From positions 1-62,380 of IMG/VR virus record IMGVR_UViG_3300048589_000279: 62,380 nucleotides of DNA; one strand, 5' to 3'. Positions 1-8,959 of this stretch are shown here, piece after piece (positions within the stretch are counted from its first letter, which is position 1; every line of letters begins with the position of its first letter). Under the pieces are notes generated by a model. That model searched no databases and was not told the DNA's origin. It worked only from the letters and a program-made list of their open reading frames with translations. Origin of the DNA: a virus. Its lineage: Duplodnaviria > Caudoviricetes. The position numbers and the translations under genes were made by a program.

Positions 1-127
1 CCTGCTGGTAATAGGCTTCCCATTGCGCTTGGGTGAGGCCGGCGAGGTCGATGCCCATGGGGTCATGGGAAATGGCGGCCAACTTCTCCGCCCGCGCAAC
101 GCGGATGGCTTCGAGGGCTGCCGCGGC
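1..127. repeat. Terminal direct repeat, copy 1 (circular assembly overlap)
   Basis: 1-127 is identical to 62254-62380; an ORF runs through the junction. Confidence 0.97.
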
Positions 128-460
128 TTCGCGCTCCGCCGCCTTCTCGATGTCTTCCAGTGACTTCTCAATGGGGGAGGCGATGGCCAAGAAGATGTTC
201 TTCGCTCCATCCACGGCGCGGCCGAAAAGCAGGGCGTCCGCTTTGATTTCCTTGTGCTTCTTCTCCACCGCAACCCGGAGGTTCTTCATCTCCAGGCGGG
301 CAATGCGTGCTTCCTTCGGATCGGTGATCGCGGCGGCCTTGGCTTTCCATTCCTCGGCCTGGTTGAAGAATCCGCGGAACGCGAGTTCGACGGTGTTCTT
401 GGCGGTGAGTTCCAAGCCGAGTTCGGCGGGAACGATTTCAACGGTGATTACTTCGGTCAT
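1..460 (-). CDS. N-terminal half of a coiled-coil protein spanning the circular junction (continues 62253 to 61658)
   Basis: ATG at 460 gives MTEVITVEIVPAELGLELTAKN...RAEKLAAISHDPMG, in frame with the 61658..62335 ORF. Confidence 0.85.
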   Translation of the reverse strand, partial: MTEVITVEIVPAELGLELTAKNTVELAFRGFFNQAEEWKAKAAAITDPKEARIARLEMKNLRVAVEKKHKEIKADALLFGRAVDGAKNIFLAIASPIEKSLEDIEKAAEREAAAALEAIRVARAEKLAAISHDPMGIDLAGLTQAQWEAYYQQ

Positions 461-492
461 GGTGTTTGGTTCTATCGGTTGGGGTTGTCAGG

Positions 493-666
493 TCAAATCA
501 GGATGATCGGGATGACTTTGAACTTGTGCCACCGGGCACGGTGACGATCGCGGCGGAGGGCTTTCGCCTGCCGGTGTCCTTCAATCATGTTCTGGTGGCG
601 GGCGTGGCGGGATTCCAACGATTTTAGTTGGCGTTCGATGTCGGCGGGTAGTTCGGTGTCGCTCAT
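493..666 (-). CDS. Small hypothetical protein (57 aa)
   Basis: ATGA overlap with 663..947; MSDTELPADIERQLKSLESRH... Confidence 0.55.
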   Translation of the reverse strand: MSDTELPADIERQLKSLESRHARHQNMIEGHRQAKALRRDRHRARWHKFKVIPIILI

Positions 667-947
667 GGTTTCGGTTGTTTTCTGGTTCGGGATTTGAGGG
701 AGAGGAATTCTTTCACCGGCCAGCGGTCAGCTTCGGGTTGGCGTTCCCAGATCGTGAAGCGTCCGTTGGTTCCGCGCACCAGTTTGACCGGGCGCGGCCC
801 CTGGCTGAGTTGCTGGAATTCTCGGTGGATCTGTTCGGCTTCATGGGAGGGGAAATCACAGGTGACGGGTTCCCATCCCAACAACTCCGCCGAATCGTCT
901 TCGGTGATCGTTGATGCCGTGGCCAGGAACTGGTCAAGGTCGGTCAT
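663..947 (-). CDS. Hypothetical protein
   Basis: ORF with ATGA-coupled ends in the leftward operon. Confidence 0.7.
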   Translation of the reverse strand: MTDLDQFLATASTITEDDSAELLGWEPVTCDFPSHEAEQIHREFQQLSQGPRPVKLVRGTNGRFTIWERQPEADRWPVKEFLSLKSRTRKQPKP

Positions 948-1579
948 TCAGGATCGGATTGATGCAGGTAGGCTTCGATTTCTTCCTCCGTCCATGTCGG
1001 GTGATCTCGGCGGAAACGCTCAATGTAGAGTTCCATGGAGTAATCGTCGTCTCGCTCGTCGGGTTCGCTCATGGCTCGGGAAGTTCGGCTGGTTGTTCCT
1101 TGCGGGCGTTGCTGGCGAATACGTCGTATCGGGCGATGATGTCGGGAAAGGCCGCGATGATCTTCGCTAAGTTCTCGCCATCGGCGGCGAGCATTGCGTA
1201 ATGACAACCGGCGCACGAATTCCCCTCCCATCAAATCCATCTGCTCAACAATCTTATGCAACGGGTTCTCCATCGCGTAGGCGGGCGCTGGCGGGGCTTG
1301 CGCGGGTTCTGGCGACACTTGGCAGCCAAGCATGCTTTGAAGCCGCGGAAACGCATCCTTGAGCCTGTTCCATTGAGCGTCGTTTGGACTGGTCCATCCA
1401 ATGTCGTAAAGAAACTCCGCAATGTCTGAATGGTCCGCCGTTGGTCCCTGCGGGGCTTGCGCCTCCGGGGTGGCGCTCGGATCTTCGATGACGATCCCGA
1501 CTCCGAAAACCCTCTGTCCAAGCGCGGAAACCGCGGCTTCGATGCTTGGAAACGTGATGGCAAATCCGGAATCGCTCAC
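944..1579 (-). CDS. Apparent fusion of two hypothetical genes (1069..1579 frameshifted near 1200, plus 944..1072)
   Basis: The alternative frame after GGEFVRRLS reads YAMLAADGENLAKIIAAFPDIIARY...PEP*; its TGA overlaps the ATG at 1072. Confidence 0.6.
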   Translation of the reverse strand: MSDSGFAITFPSIEAAVSALGQRVFGVGIVIEDPSATPEAQAPQGPTADHSDIAEFLYDIGWTSPNDAQWNRLKDAFPRLQSMLGCQVSPEPAQAPPAPAYAMENPLHKIVEQMDLMGGEFVRRLSLRNARRRWRELSEDHRGLSRHHRPIRRIRQQRPQGTTSRTSRAMSEPDERDDDYSMELYIERFRRDHPTWTEEEIEAYLHQSDPE

Positions 1580-1758
1580 GCCTTCGCTCCTTCCTCCTTG
1601 GACTCGGCGGCGGCGGCTGCTTCGTCGGCTTCCACTTTAGCCAACCCGATCAGGGTCAGAACGTGGGTCTGTTGCTTCCGAACGCGCTTTTCGCGGGTGG
1701 CGATTGCGTCGATCCGGCAGGCTTCTTCTTCGGTGATGTCGATGGCTACGATTGGCAT
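1576..1758 (-). CDS. Small ribbon-helix-helix-like DNA-binding protein
   Basis: MPIVAIDITEEEACRIDAIATREKR pattern; first gene left of the divergence point; TTGACA on the minus strand at 1804-1809. Confidence 0.55.
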   Translation of the reverse strand: MPIVAIDITEEEACRIDAIATREKRVRKQQTHVLTLIGLAKVEADEAAAAAESKEEGAKA

Positions 1759-1867
1759 GGTTTCGGTTGGTTGATGCCGGAGAAAACCACGGCGGGCGAT
1801 ACCTGTCAATTATTTTTCTTTCTCTTTTTGCTTGCTCGCCAATATCGGCTATGAAATGGTCCCATCC

Positions 1868-2464
1868 ATGGCTAAGACCTACTCGGAGAAATTGAAAGAC
1901 CCTCGGTGGCAGCGGAAACGGCTTGAAATCCTTGATCGTGACAACTTCACATGCCGCCATTGCCGATCAAAGTCAGAAACCCTGCATGTCCATCATTCCT
2001 TCTACAAAAAAAATGCCGATCCATGGGATTATGATTCCAAACATCTCGTTTCTTTGTGCGAGGAATGTCATGGGCTGGTTGAATCAAGGCGTGAATCAAT
2101 TCTCCGCAACACGGCCTCCCCCCATGCCCAATCCCTGATTTGGCAAGCAAGTGGAGTTCTTTCGATGGAATCGCCCGTCAGTGGTTTTAATGAATGGATC
2201 ATTTCTTCCGCTATTCGCCTGTCGGAAATCGAAGAATCCATTGTGCTAGCGGAAACCGTAACTGACATGGAGGAAGCGTTTAATTCTTTGAACGCAGAAT
2301 CCTTTGATTTAATCCAGTCTGTCCACCGCCTCCTTTTTTACCTTGAAGGCAAGAAAGACTCAATTTTCCAAGGAATCATTGATTCGGAATCGCCTGTGAG
2401 TGCGTTCGACCGATTGATTGAGGCGGACCCGGAAACATCTGATTTAGATGGGGGTGGGTTTTGA
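1868..2464 (+). CDS. HNH endonuclease-domain protein
   Basis: YSEKLKDPRWQRKRLEILDRDNFTCRHC...LHVHH...LCEECH. Confidence 0.85.
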   Translation: MAKTYSEKLKDPRWQRKRLEILDRDNFTCRHCRSKSETLHVHHSFYKKNADPWDYDSKHLVSLCEECHGLVESRRESILRNTASPHAQSLIWQASGVLSMESPVSGFNEWIISSAIRLSEIEESIVLAETVTDMEEAFNSLNAESFDLIQSVHRLLFYLEGKKDSIFQGIIDSESPVSAFDRLIEADPETSDLDGGGF

Positions 2465-3225
2465 AACGCTTCACCGAGACAGGGAAGTGGGATGATCCTT
2501 GGTTCAGGTCGCTTCCTGGCGTCCACAAGCTCGTTTTCCTCTACATCATCGACCGGTGCAACAATGCTGGTTTCTGGGAGATCGACATGGCTTCCATGGC
2601 CTTCCATACCAAGCTCGAAGAAAAGCACCTTGAAGGGGCTTTGAAGGGGCTTGAAAGGGGCTTACAGACCCATGACGGATGGGTATGGGTGAAGAACTTC
2701 CTTCGGCATCAGAAAAATGAGGTTTTGAATCCCTCGAATCCCGCTCACAAGCAAATCATCAGTCTTTTGACCGTTCAGCCGAATCGGTTTCCTGAATCAG
2801 CAAAATACCTCCCCGAAGGGGCTTCAAAGGGGCATTTAAGCCCCATAGGTATAGGTATAGGACAAGGTAAAGGAGAAGGACAAGGTTCTACTTCTGAGAC
2901 AGCCAAGAAGAAAAGGAAACCCGCCGAAGCCAATGGGACGATTGAGGATATGACAGCTTTTGCAGTGGAAATCGGTCTTGAACCGTCCGATGGGGAAAAC
3001 GCTTTTCACAAGTGGAACTCGACCGGGTGGAAGGGCATCAAGGATTGGAAATCCAAAATGCGAACGTGGAAGATCGAAAAGTTTCATCCGAGTCAAAAGG
3101 AAGGCAGATCCTCCAGCCAGTTCACCAACGGCCACCAACCCCAGAAAACCACCGTCAACATCGGCAGACGCAAACCTCCAAGTGACCCATTCTCCAAATC
3201 CCAACCAACCCTGATCGAACCATGA
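2461..3225 (+). CDS. Phage replication initiator (replisome organizer-like)
   Basis: N-terminal KRFTETGKWDDPWF...LYIIDRCNNAG; C-terminal KDWKSKMRTW; followed by a DnaC-like gene. Confidence 0.75.
   Translation: MKRFTETGKWDDPWFRSLPGVHKLVFLYIIDRCNNAGFWEIDMASMAFHTKLEEKHLEGALKGLERGLQTHDGWVWVKNFLRHQKNEVLNPSNPAHKQIISLLTVQPNRFPESAKYLPEGASKGHLSPIGIGIGQGKGEGQGSTSETAKKKRKPAEANGTIEDMTAFAVEIGLEPSDGENAFHKWNSTGWKGIKDWKSKMRTWKIEKFHPSQKEGRSSSQFTNGHQPQKTTVNIGRRKPPSDPFSKSQPTLIEP
2631..2862 (+). repeat. Iteron-like AAGGGGC repeats inside the initiator gene (candidate origin)
   Basis: AAGGGGC(T/A) at 2633, 2644, 2655 and 2816, 2827 (11-bp period); inverted AGCCCC at 2839; ATAGG(T/A) three times. Confidence 0.5.
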
Positions 3226-3959
3226 ACCAAATCGAAAGCATCGCCTGTCCCTGCGGAGTATCCTTCCCATGGGAACCCACCGAAACCGATCCCATGCTAC
3301 GGGACTTCCTGCGGCCTTGCAAATGCCCCGACTGTGAGGCGAAGGATGCCGCGGAGTGGCAAGCCAAGCAGGACCGTGAGACGGCCGCCAAGGACGCACA
3401 TGAGCGCAAATCCGCCATTGCCAGCGTCACCGCCGCCATTCCATCCAGGTTTCGCGGGACCGACATCAACCATGAGGATTTCAACCTCTCGTTGTGGAAC
3501 GAAGTCAAGGAGTGGAAACCATCCCTCGAAATCCCATTTCTTGGCATGGTGGGGGAAAGTGGTGCTTCAAAGACGCGGGTCGCTTACCTGCTTTTCGCTC
3601 AACTCGCGTCTGCTGGCTCGATGACATTTGCAGCAAAGAGCATGACCGATCTTGGCATCCTGATCGCCAAGCAATTCCAGTCCTACGACTCCAAGGCGGA
3701 AGCTCGGGATGAACTCGACAGCCTGCGCCTGTGCGGTCTGCTGCTGCTGGATGATCTCGGGAAAGCCCGCAACACCCCTTCCGTCGCCGTGGAACTCTTT
3801 TCGATCATCGACCATCGCCATGCCCACAACCTGCCGACGATCTGGACTGCCAACGGGGAACCGGAGGAAATCGTTCACGGCATGAGCGACGACATCGCGG
3901 GACCGCTGGCCGGCCGCCTGATTGAATGTTCCAAGATTGTCCGCTCCACCCCACGCTGA
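3222..3959 (+). CDS. DnaC/IstB-like AAA+ helicase loader
   Basis: Zn-binding CxC and CxCxxC; Walker A GESGASKT; Walker B LLLLDDLGK; IIDHR...PTIWTAN. Confidence 0.85.
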   Translation: MNQIESIACPCGVSFPWEPTETDPMLRDFLRPCKCPDCEAKDAAEWQAKQDRETAAKDAHERKSAIASVTAAIPSRFRGTDINHEDFNLSLWNEVKEWKPSLEIPFLGMVGESGASKTRVAYLLFAQLASAGSMTFAAKSMTDLGILIAKQFQSYDSKAEARDELDSLRLCGLLLLDDLGKARNTPSVAVELFSIIDHRHAHNLPTIWTANGEPEEIVHGMSDDIAGPLAGRLIECSKIVRSTPR

Positions 3960-3963
3960 AACC

Positions 3964-4293
3964 ATGAAAACCGAACCCGAATACCCCACCGCTCCGGAAG
4001 ACGAAGCGGAAATGAACCGCCGCCAAGCGGAAACCCGCGAAGCCGGCCTTACCCACTTGGAGGAATCATCCGACGATGACGACCTGGAACCGGAGGAAAC
4101 CGCCGAGGACGCACTGGAACGCCAGATTGCCCTTGCCGACTACCTGCGCGACGACATGCGCGATCGTGAGTTTGACGGCAGGAACTCCCCAGGCTTCTAC
4201 CCTGAATCCGAGGATGCCGACGCCAAGGCCGATGCTGCCGATCGCCTGATCGACCGCGCCGACATGCTCCGGGACGAAAGGAGGGACGGATGA
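3964..4293 (+). CDS. Acidic hypothetical protein
   Basis: ORF from ATG 3964; internal ADYLRDD/ADMLRDE repeat. Confidence 0.65.
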   Translation: MKTEPEYPTAPEDEAEMNRRQAETREAGLTHLEESSDDDDLEPEETAEDALERQIALADYLRDDMRDREFDGRNSPGFYPESEDADAKADAADRLIDRADMLRDERRDG

Positions 4294-4466
4294 AACTCAC
4301 CGAACAGGAACAAGCCGCCGCCAAACGGGCAGCCAAACGTCTTTGGTGCCACGGCGATCCAGATGGAAAGCACTTGCTCAAACCCTACGTGTTTCCGGAC
4401 ATGAGCATGGGCTACAAGTGCGCCAAGTGTGATTTCCAGTCCAAGGCAAAGGAGGTGAAGCCGTGA
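4290..4466 (+). CDS. Small Zn-finger-like protein (58 aa)
   Basis: Overlaps both neighbours; contains CH...H...CAKC. Confidence 0.55.
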   Translation: MKLTEQEQAAAKRAAKRLWCHGDPDGKHLLKPYVFPDMSMGYKCAKCDFQSKAKEVKP

Positions 4467-5392
4467 ATCCGAAAAAACTCCTGCGGGACTTCCTCAACGT
4501 CTTCGCCACCACCCGGCGCAATGGTCACACAACGTCCCTGATTCGGGGCGAAGCCGCGGCACCGGCCATCGTGATCGTTGCCGATTTTAATCAGAAGGAG
4601 CAGTTCAAGCGGGATCATCCGCACGTCCTTACTTGCTCTCTTTCCCAAATGGACAGTCTCGTTGCTTCGAAGTGTCCCATCATCATTGATCTCTATGCCG
4701 TCGCCTCCCTGGTCAGCGGGGCAATCCGGATGATCGAGCACACGGAAACCGAACTGGCGAAGACCCAGGGGGACCGGGACGTTTTCGAACGGAAGTTTGA
4801 CGAGATGAAGTTGAAATTTTTGCAATCTGAGTTCATTCGGATCGAGATTTCTAAACAAGAACAGTCTTCAACCCGCTGCGCGTTGTTCTTGCGTGAGCAG
4901 CTTGCCGAGGCGCGGGCAGAACTCCAAGACTGGAAGGATGCCGCCGAATCCGCCGAGAATCCCCACCCGGACGAGGTGCATTGCACCTGCGTTCCGTTGC
5001 TCCAGGCGGCTCTTGCCGAGGCGAGGAAAGAACTTGGAGAAAAACGGCGTGAAGCCTCTGATGCCAAGCAGAAATACAACGGACTCGCCGCACTGGTTGG
5101 AACCATTCGCCAAATGTTCCCGATCCCACTCCGAAACGTCAGCGACATCGAACCGTGGCAGCACTCTCAAGAAATTGGCGCCGCGATCGATTCTGAGAAG
5201 GATCAGCTTGCCGAGGCAAGGAAGGATACCGAACTGACATCCCGAATTGCCGAGGAAATGACAAAGCAGCGCGACAGGCTGGAGAAGGCTTTGATTGGCT
5301 TGATGTCCGACCCTCACCGGGAACAGGCATACCGCAACGCGCGCGAAGCCCTCGCCGCCGTGAAACCCGAACCAGAGGGAACCGAACAATGA
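4463..5392 (+). CDS. Coiled-coil hypothetical protein with three LAEAR modules
   Basis: ORF coupled to its neighbours; CTTGCCGAGGC at 4901, 5012 and 5207. Confidence 0.75.
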   Translation: MNPKKLLRDFLNVFATTRRNGHTTSLIRGEAAAPAIVIVADFNQKEQFKRDHPHVLTCSLSQMDSLVASKCPIIIDLYAVASLVSGAIRMIEHTETELAKTQGDRDVFERKFDEMKLKFLQSEFIRIEISKQEQSSTRCALFLREQLAEARAELQDWKDAAESAENPHPDEVHCTCVPLLQAALAEARKELGEKRREASDAKQKYNGLAALVGTIRQMFPIPLRNVSDIEPWQHSQEIGAAIDSEKDQLAEARKDTELTSRIAEEMTKQRDRLEKALIGLMSDPHREQAYRNAREALAAVKPEPEGTEQ

Positions 5393-5823
5393 ACGCACTC
5401 ACGATCCTCCACAAGATCGACCGAAAGGCATTCATCGAGCTTCGCCGGGCCTACCAGAAGCGTGTTCGCACGTTCCCCGCCAAGCTGGAACCGGTCGATG
5501 AATCTGAAATCGAGCAAGCCCAACAGGACAACGGCCATATGACCCGCCCGCTCAAGTCCTGGCGCTCCCGCGATTTCCTCGCACAGCTTTTCCAAGACGG
5601 CGATTGCCTCCGGCTTTCGGTCAACCGAACGGACATTGACAATTCCGGAAACTGGAAGGACGGAATCACCTGGGATGAACTCATGGCGTGCAAACGCGCC
5701 TGCGGTTTCGGGAATCAATGGGCCGTGGAAGTGTTCCCCCCGGATTCCCAAGTGGTCAACGTCGCACCGATCCGCCACCTGTTCCTTATCGATCAACCAC
5801 CCTACGCTTGGACAAAACCATGA
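5389..5823 (+). CDS. Conserved phage hypothetical protein
   Basis: RLSVNR...ITWDELMACKRACGFGNQWAVEVFPPDSQVVNVAPIRHL motif. Confidence 0.8.
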   Translation: MNALTILHKIDRKAFIELRRAYQKRVRTFPAKLEPVDESEIEQAQQDNGHMTRPLKSWRSRDFLAQLFQDGDCLRLSVNRTDIDNSGNWKDGITWDELMACKRACGFGNQWAVEVFPPDSQVVNVAPIRHLFLIDQPPYAWTKP

Positions 5824-6188
5824 AACGCTTCGTCAACACCAAACGCCCGATCATCAACAAGCCTGCCGAATGGCGGGCCATGACGGGATTCCGCCGACTG
5901 CGCTACCTGCTTTCGGAATACCGTGCTTTGTTCCACCTCCTCATGGGTCGGATTCGCCTGCTTGAAGAATCGGTAGAACGCGCACGGCAGGAAAACCGCG
6001 ACATGGAAATCCGGTTGCGGAGGATCGCCAGGGTGGATGTCAGCAACTCTCTGACAAACCGCGATGTTGTCCGCCTCGACATGCAGATTGATCGTCGGCA
6101 CCTCACCGAAATGAACGCCGAGTTATTCCTTTCGGAACTCACCCGCCAGATGCGGGCCGGCCTTACTCAAACCCTCTCACGCCGCTGA
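5820..6188 (+). CDS. Hypothetical protein
   Basis: ATGA overlap at 5820. Confidence 0.65.
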   Translation: MKRFVNTKRPIINKPAEWRAMTGFRRLRYLLSEYRALFHLLMGRIRLLEESVERARQENRDMEIRLRRIARVDVSNSLTNRDVVRLDMQIDRRHLTEMNAELFLSELTRQMRAGLTQTLSRR

Positions 6189-6191
6189 ACC

Positions 6192-6689
6192 ATGAAACGC
6201 TCATTCATCCAAAAAAAACCCGCCAAGGTCAAAGTCCCATCCGTGAACCATCCAGATCGAGCCGCCTTGCCACCCAGCAAGCCCGTGGCGGCGTCCGGGG
6301 CGAAGAAGCGGGCGAGGATCAAGCCGCGTTCCTCCAAGGGCAAGGAGGACGACGCTGCGCTGGCAAGGCACGTCGCCAGGTTTCCAGACATCATCCGGGA
6401 TCCGTTCACCGGGGATTTGCTGGCAAAAAACCTGGCGGAGTTTCATCACCCCGCCGGCCGCCGCAAAGCCTCGTTCCTGTTCGTCATTCCGGTGTCTCCC
6501 GAAACCCACCGGCGTATCCATGACAACCCGAAATGGGCAACGCTGGTCGGCATGCTCTGGTCGGGCCGGAACAGCAAGGTCTTCACCGAGTCCGATGCTT
6601 GGAAACTTCTCGAACTTTGTCCCTTCCCCCAGCCGATGCGCTTGGCCATTGAGCTTTGGGTTGCCTCGAACGATAAAATCCTGCCGTGA
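6192..6689 (+). CDS. HNH-like nuclease-fold protein; C-terminus lies in attC-like site J
   Basis: EFHHPAGR...VSPETHRRIHDNPKWA. Confidence 0.65.
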   Translation: MKRSFIQKKPAKVKVPSVNHPDRAALPPSKPVAASGAKKRARIKPRSSKGKEDDAALARHVARFPDIIRDPFTGDLLAKNLAEFHHPAGRRKASFLFVIPVSPETHRRIHDNPKWATLVGMLWSGRNSKVFTESDAWKLLELCPFPQPMRLAIELWVASNDKILP

Positions 6690-6762
6690 CTGCCGCGCCC
6701 TCCATCTCCGATTCAGAACCGACCTCGCCGCGGCAGTCGTCGGCAGCGATGCCTTGTTCGTC
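6665..6762 (-). mobile_element. attC-like recombination site J
   Basis: Plus strand: GAAC-gataaa-ATC CTGCCG t GACTGCCGCG ... CGCGGCAGTC gt CGGCAG c GAT-gcctt-GTTC; hairpin with extrahelical bases. Confidence 0.85.
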
Positions 6763-7524
6763 CTTGGTGCAGTTCTCTAGCGGCATCTCTTCGTGGGCAG
6801 CGGGTAAACGCTACGCGGAGGAACACGGCACCGACGGCATGGTATTGCTCTTTGCGGATACCGGCATCGAAGATCCTGACAACTACCGATTCTTGCTTGA
6901 GGCGGTCGAAAACATCGGGGCAAGACTCGAAATCACAAGCGACGGACGCACGCCATGGGAGGTGTTTGAGGATGAGAGAATGATCGGAAACGCCCGCTTC
7001 GACCCATGCTCGAAACACCTCAAGCGCAAGCTACTGGATCGCTGGAGGAACGAGCACTGCGACGAATCCACGGACATCATCGTCGGGATAGCATTCGATG
7101 AGGTCGAACGGATCGAGCGGCTGAAAAAACGGTGCGCGCCATGGAACTACATCGCGCCGCTCTGTGAGAAGCCATGGATCACGAAGCGCGACTGCCTAGC
7201 GTGGGCAAAGCGTGAAGGCATCGAACCGCCGAGAATGTATGAAATGGGGTTCCCGCACGCGAACTGTGGAGGCTTCTGCGTGAAGGCTGGCCAAGCAACC
7301 TTCCGACTACTCCTCAAGCACTTCCCTGAGCGATACCGGGAGCATGAGGAGAAAGAGGCCGCGCTCATGGAGAAGCTGGGAAGCAAATGGGGGGTGATGC
7401 GCGACAGACGCGGAGGCGAGGCCAAGCCAATGACGATGCGCAATTTAGAGAAAGGATAGAAAACGATGAAAACGACTGCGACCAATTTGACTTTGGAGGG
7501 TGCGGGTGCGCTCTCAATTTGTAG
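6686..7524 (+). CDS. PAPS-reductase/adenine-nucleotide alpha-hydrolase family protein, 1-nt frameshift near 7440; cassette cargo
   Basis: FSSGISSW, FADTGIED, CSKHLK, GFPHANCGGFCVKAG; the expected tail DQFDFGGCGC is in the -1 frame and ends at TAG 7524 (track ORF stops at 7459). Confidence 0.8.
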
Positions 7525-7578
7525 GACGAACACCAAGGATCAGGCGCGCGAAGCGTCTCCTGTATCCGACTGTTCGGA
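7525..7578 (-). mobile_element. Short attC-like site K (54 bp)
   Basis: Minus strand: CCGAAC-agtcg-GAT a CAGG aga CGC ttc GCG cg CCTG ATC-cttggt-GTTCGTC; 5- and 6-nt spacers as in classical attC. Confidence 0.85.
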
Positions 7579-7589
7579 ATAATCCAGGA

Positions 7590-8198
7590 TCAGAGAAGAG
7601 TCTCAGTCACTCGAACTTTTTTGCGCGTCATTTGAGCGTTCATGCCTGGCTTTGGGGGCGGGGTTAAATCCGCAACCTGCGTTCTGGTCGGCGTCTTCCA
7701 AGATGGACCACTCCCGTAACCATAGGCAAGGCTGCCGGCAGGGGCCGAGGGTTTGACTTTCGCCACCGCATTGATGCTTGGCGGAGTGGAAAGAGACGAG
7801 CGGCGGGCGCGAGCTTGAGCCGTTTTTCCAAACCCTCCGTTCATCTCCACTTCCTTGCGTTTCCGCTTTTCGTTGGAAACCCCAAAGTCCGTAGCTGGTC
7901 CGGTCGATTGCATGGCGGCCAGTCGGTCAAGTCCGGGAGTCGCGGGGCGGCCCAAGTATCCGCCGCCGGCCACCGGGGGACGATTCCCGCCTGGGCCCAT
8001 AGGTGATGTTGCCCATGATGTCAATTTGGCCGTGCCTATGCGCTCGCCTTCCGCGGTGATTCCACCAACCGCCCTGCCGGACGTGTCCCGGCGTATGTTG
8101 CGCATGCCGGCGGCAACCGCGGGGTCACTCTGCGGCCTGGTGTCGATCCTGAGCTTGTTCCGGTTGTGCGAGTTTTCGTAGGTTCCGATTCTTGCCAT
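7590..8198 (-). CDS. Basic low-complexity late protein (possibly virion-internal)
   Basis: 202-aa ORF preceded by the late promoter motif. Confidence 0.7.
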   Translation of the reverse strand: MARIGTYENSHNRNKLRIDTRPQSDPAVAAGMRNIRRDTSGRAVGGITAEGERIGTAKLTSWATSPMGPGGNRPPVAGGGYLGRPATPGLDRLAAMQSTGPATDFGVSNEKRKRKEVEMNGGFGKTAQARARRSSLSTPPSINAVAKVKPSAPAGSLAYGYGSGPSWKTPTRTQVADLTPPPKPGMNAQMTRKKVRVTETLL

Positions 8199-8204
8199 GC
8201 GCGA

Positions 8205-8240
8205 AGACTACGATACGCGGGGCGTTGATGAACGGGCGGG
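8205..8240 (-). promoter_or_regulatory. Late promoter: CCCGCCCGT-N21-TAGTCT-N6-ATG
   Basis: One of five copies with conserved spacing. Confidence 0.75.
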
Positions 8241-8380
8241 TTTCCCGCAACCCTTGCATGGAACGACAAGTTTCTGACCTTGGTAAATCGGCCCGTCTGA
8301 CTCTCCCTTGATTCGTAATCTCACCTTGGCCACCCGATCCTTTGGGGGATACTTCTTGGCGGAGATTCGCGGGATGGGTT

Positions 8381-8806
8381 TCATGGATCTGGGAGTTCGA
8401 CGGCCTCGCCAGTCACTTGCGGCTTGTTGCCGTATTTGGGTGAGCGGTAGCACTCGAAGCGGATGTTGACCACGCGGCGGGTGCCGGGGACTTCGGGCGG
8501 GTCGATCTCAAACCACGGGCTTTTCCATGAGTCGTCATCCTCGGGATCGCCTGGTCCGGTCCATTCCCAGGTCTGATCGCTAAGGTGGAAAGACCGGAAG
8601 ACGGTGGGCGATGGATCGTCCCAGCCGTCCGGTTCTTCGAGGATGTCCCAGGTGATCTTGAAGTAAGATCCGGTGAACGGCACGTCCAGTCCTGTGTTCT
8701 GATCGGTCCATGTGTCCGGGATTACCCAGCGGAATCGGAGTTTCTTGATGCTTGCCGCAGTGATCCGCTCGGGGTTCTCCGCAAGTGTCAGGTCCGACTC
8801 CGCCAT
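8381..8806 (-). CDS. Tail-region protein, probably the C-terminal part of a split gene
   Basis: KKLRFRWVIP...GSYFKITWDI; its ATG is the antisense of the integrase-remnant His codon. Confidence 0.6.
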   Translation of the reverse strand: MAESDLTLAENPERITAASIKKLRFRWVIPDTWTDQNTGLDVPFTGSYFKITWDILEEPDGWDDPSPTVFRSFHLSDQTWEWTGPGDPEDDDSWKSPWFEIDPPEVPGTRRVVNIRFECYRSPKYGNKPQVTGEAVELPDP

Positions 8807-8955
8807 TTCTTCGCCTCATACGCCATCGAGTCCGGGATTGACGTGCCCACCGTCGCCCGGTGGCTCGGGCACAAGGATGGGGGAGTCCTGGCCATGCGCA
8901 CCTACGGGCCCTCCGGGACGATCACTCGCTGGCGAGCGCCGCCAAGTTCGGGTAA
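8793..8955 (+). pseudogene. C-terminal remnant of a tyrosine recombinase
   Basis: LRHFFASYAIESGIDVPTVARWLGHKDGGVLAMRTYG then a frameshift then LRDDHSLASAAKFG*; contains box II RH, LGH and the catalytic Tyr. Confidence 0.85.
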
Positions 8956-8959
8956 TGCG

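Noticed and set aside
1-127. Biological terminal repeat of the virion DNA
   Set aside because: The length equals a common assembler k-mer and it falls mid-gene, so it most likely marks circular assembly
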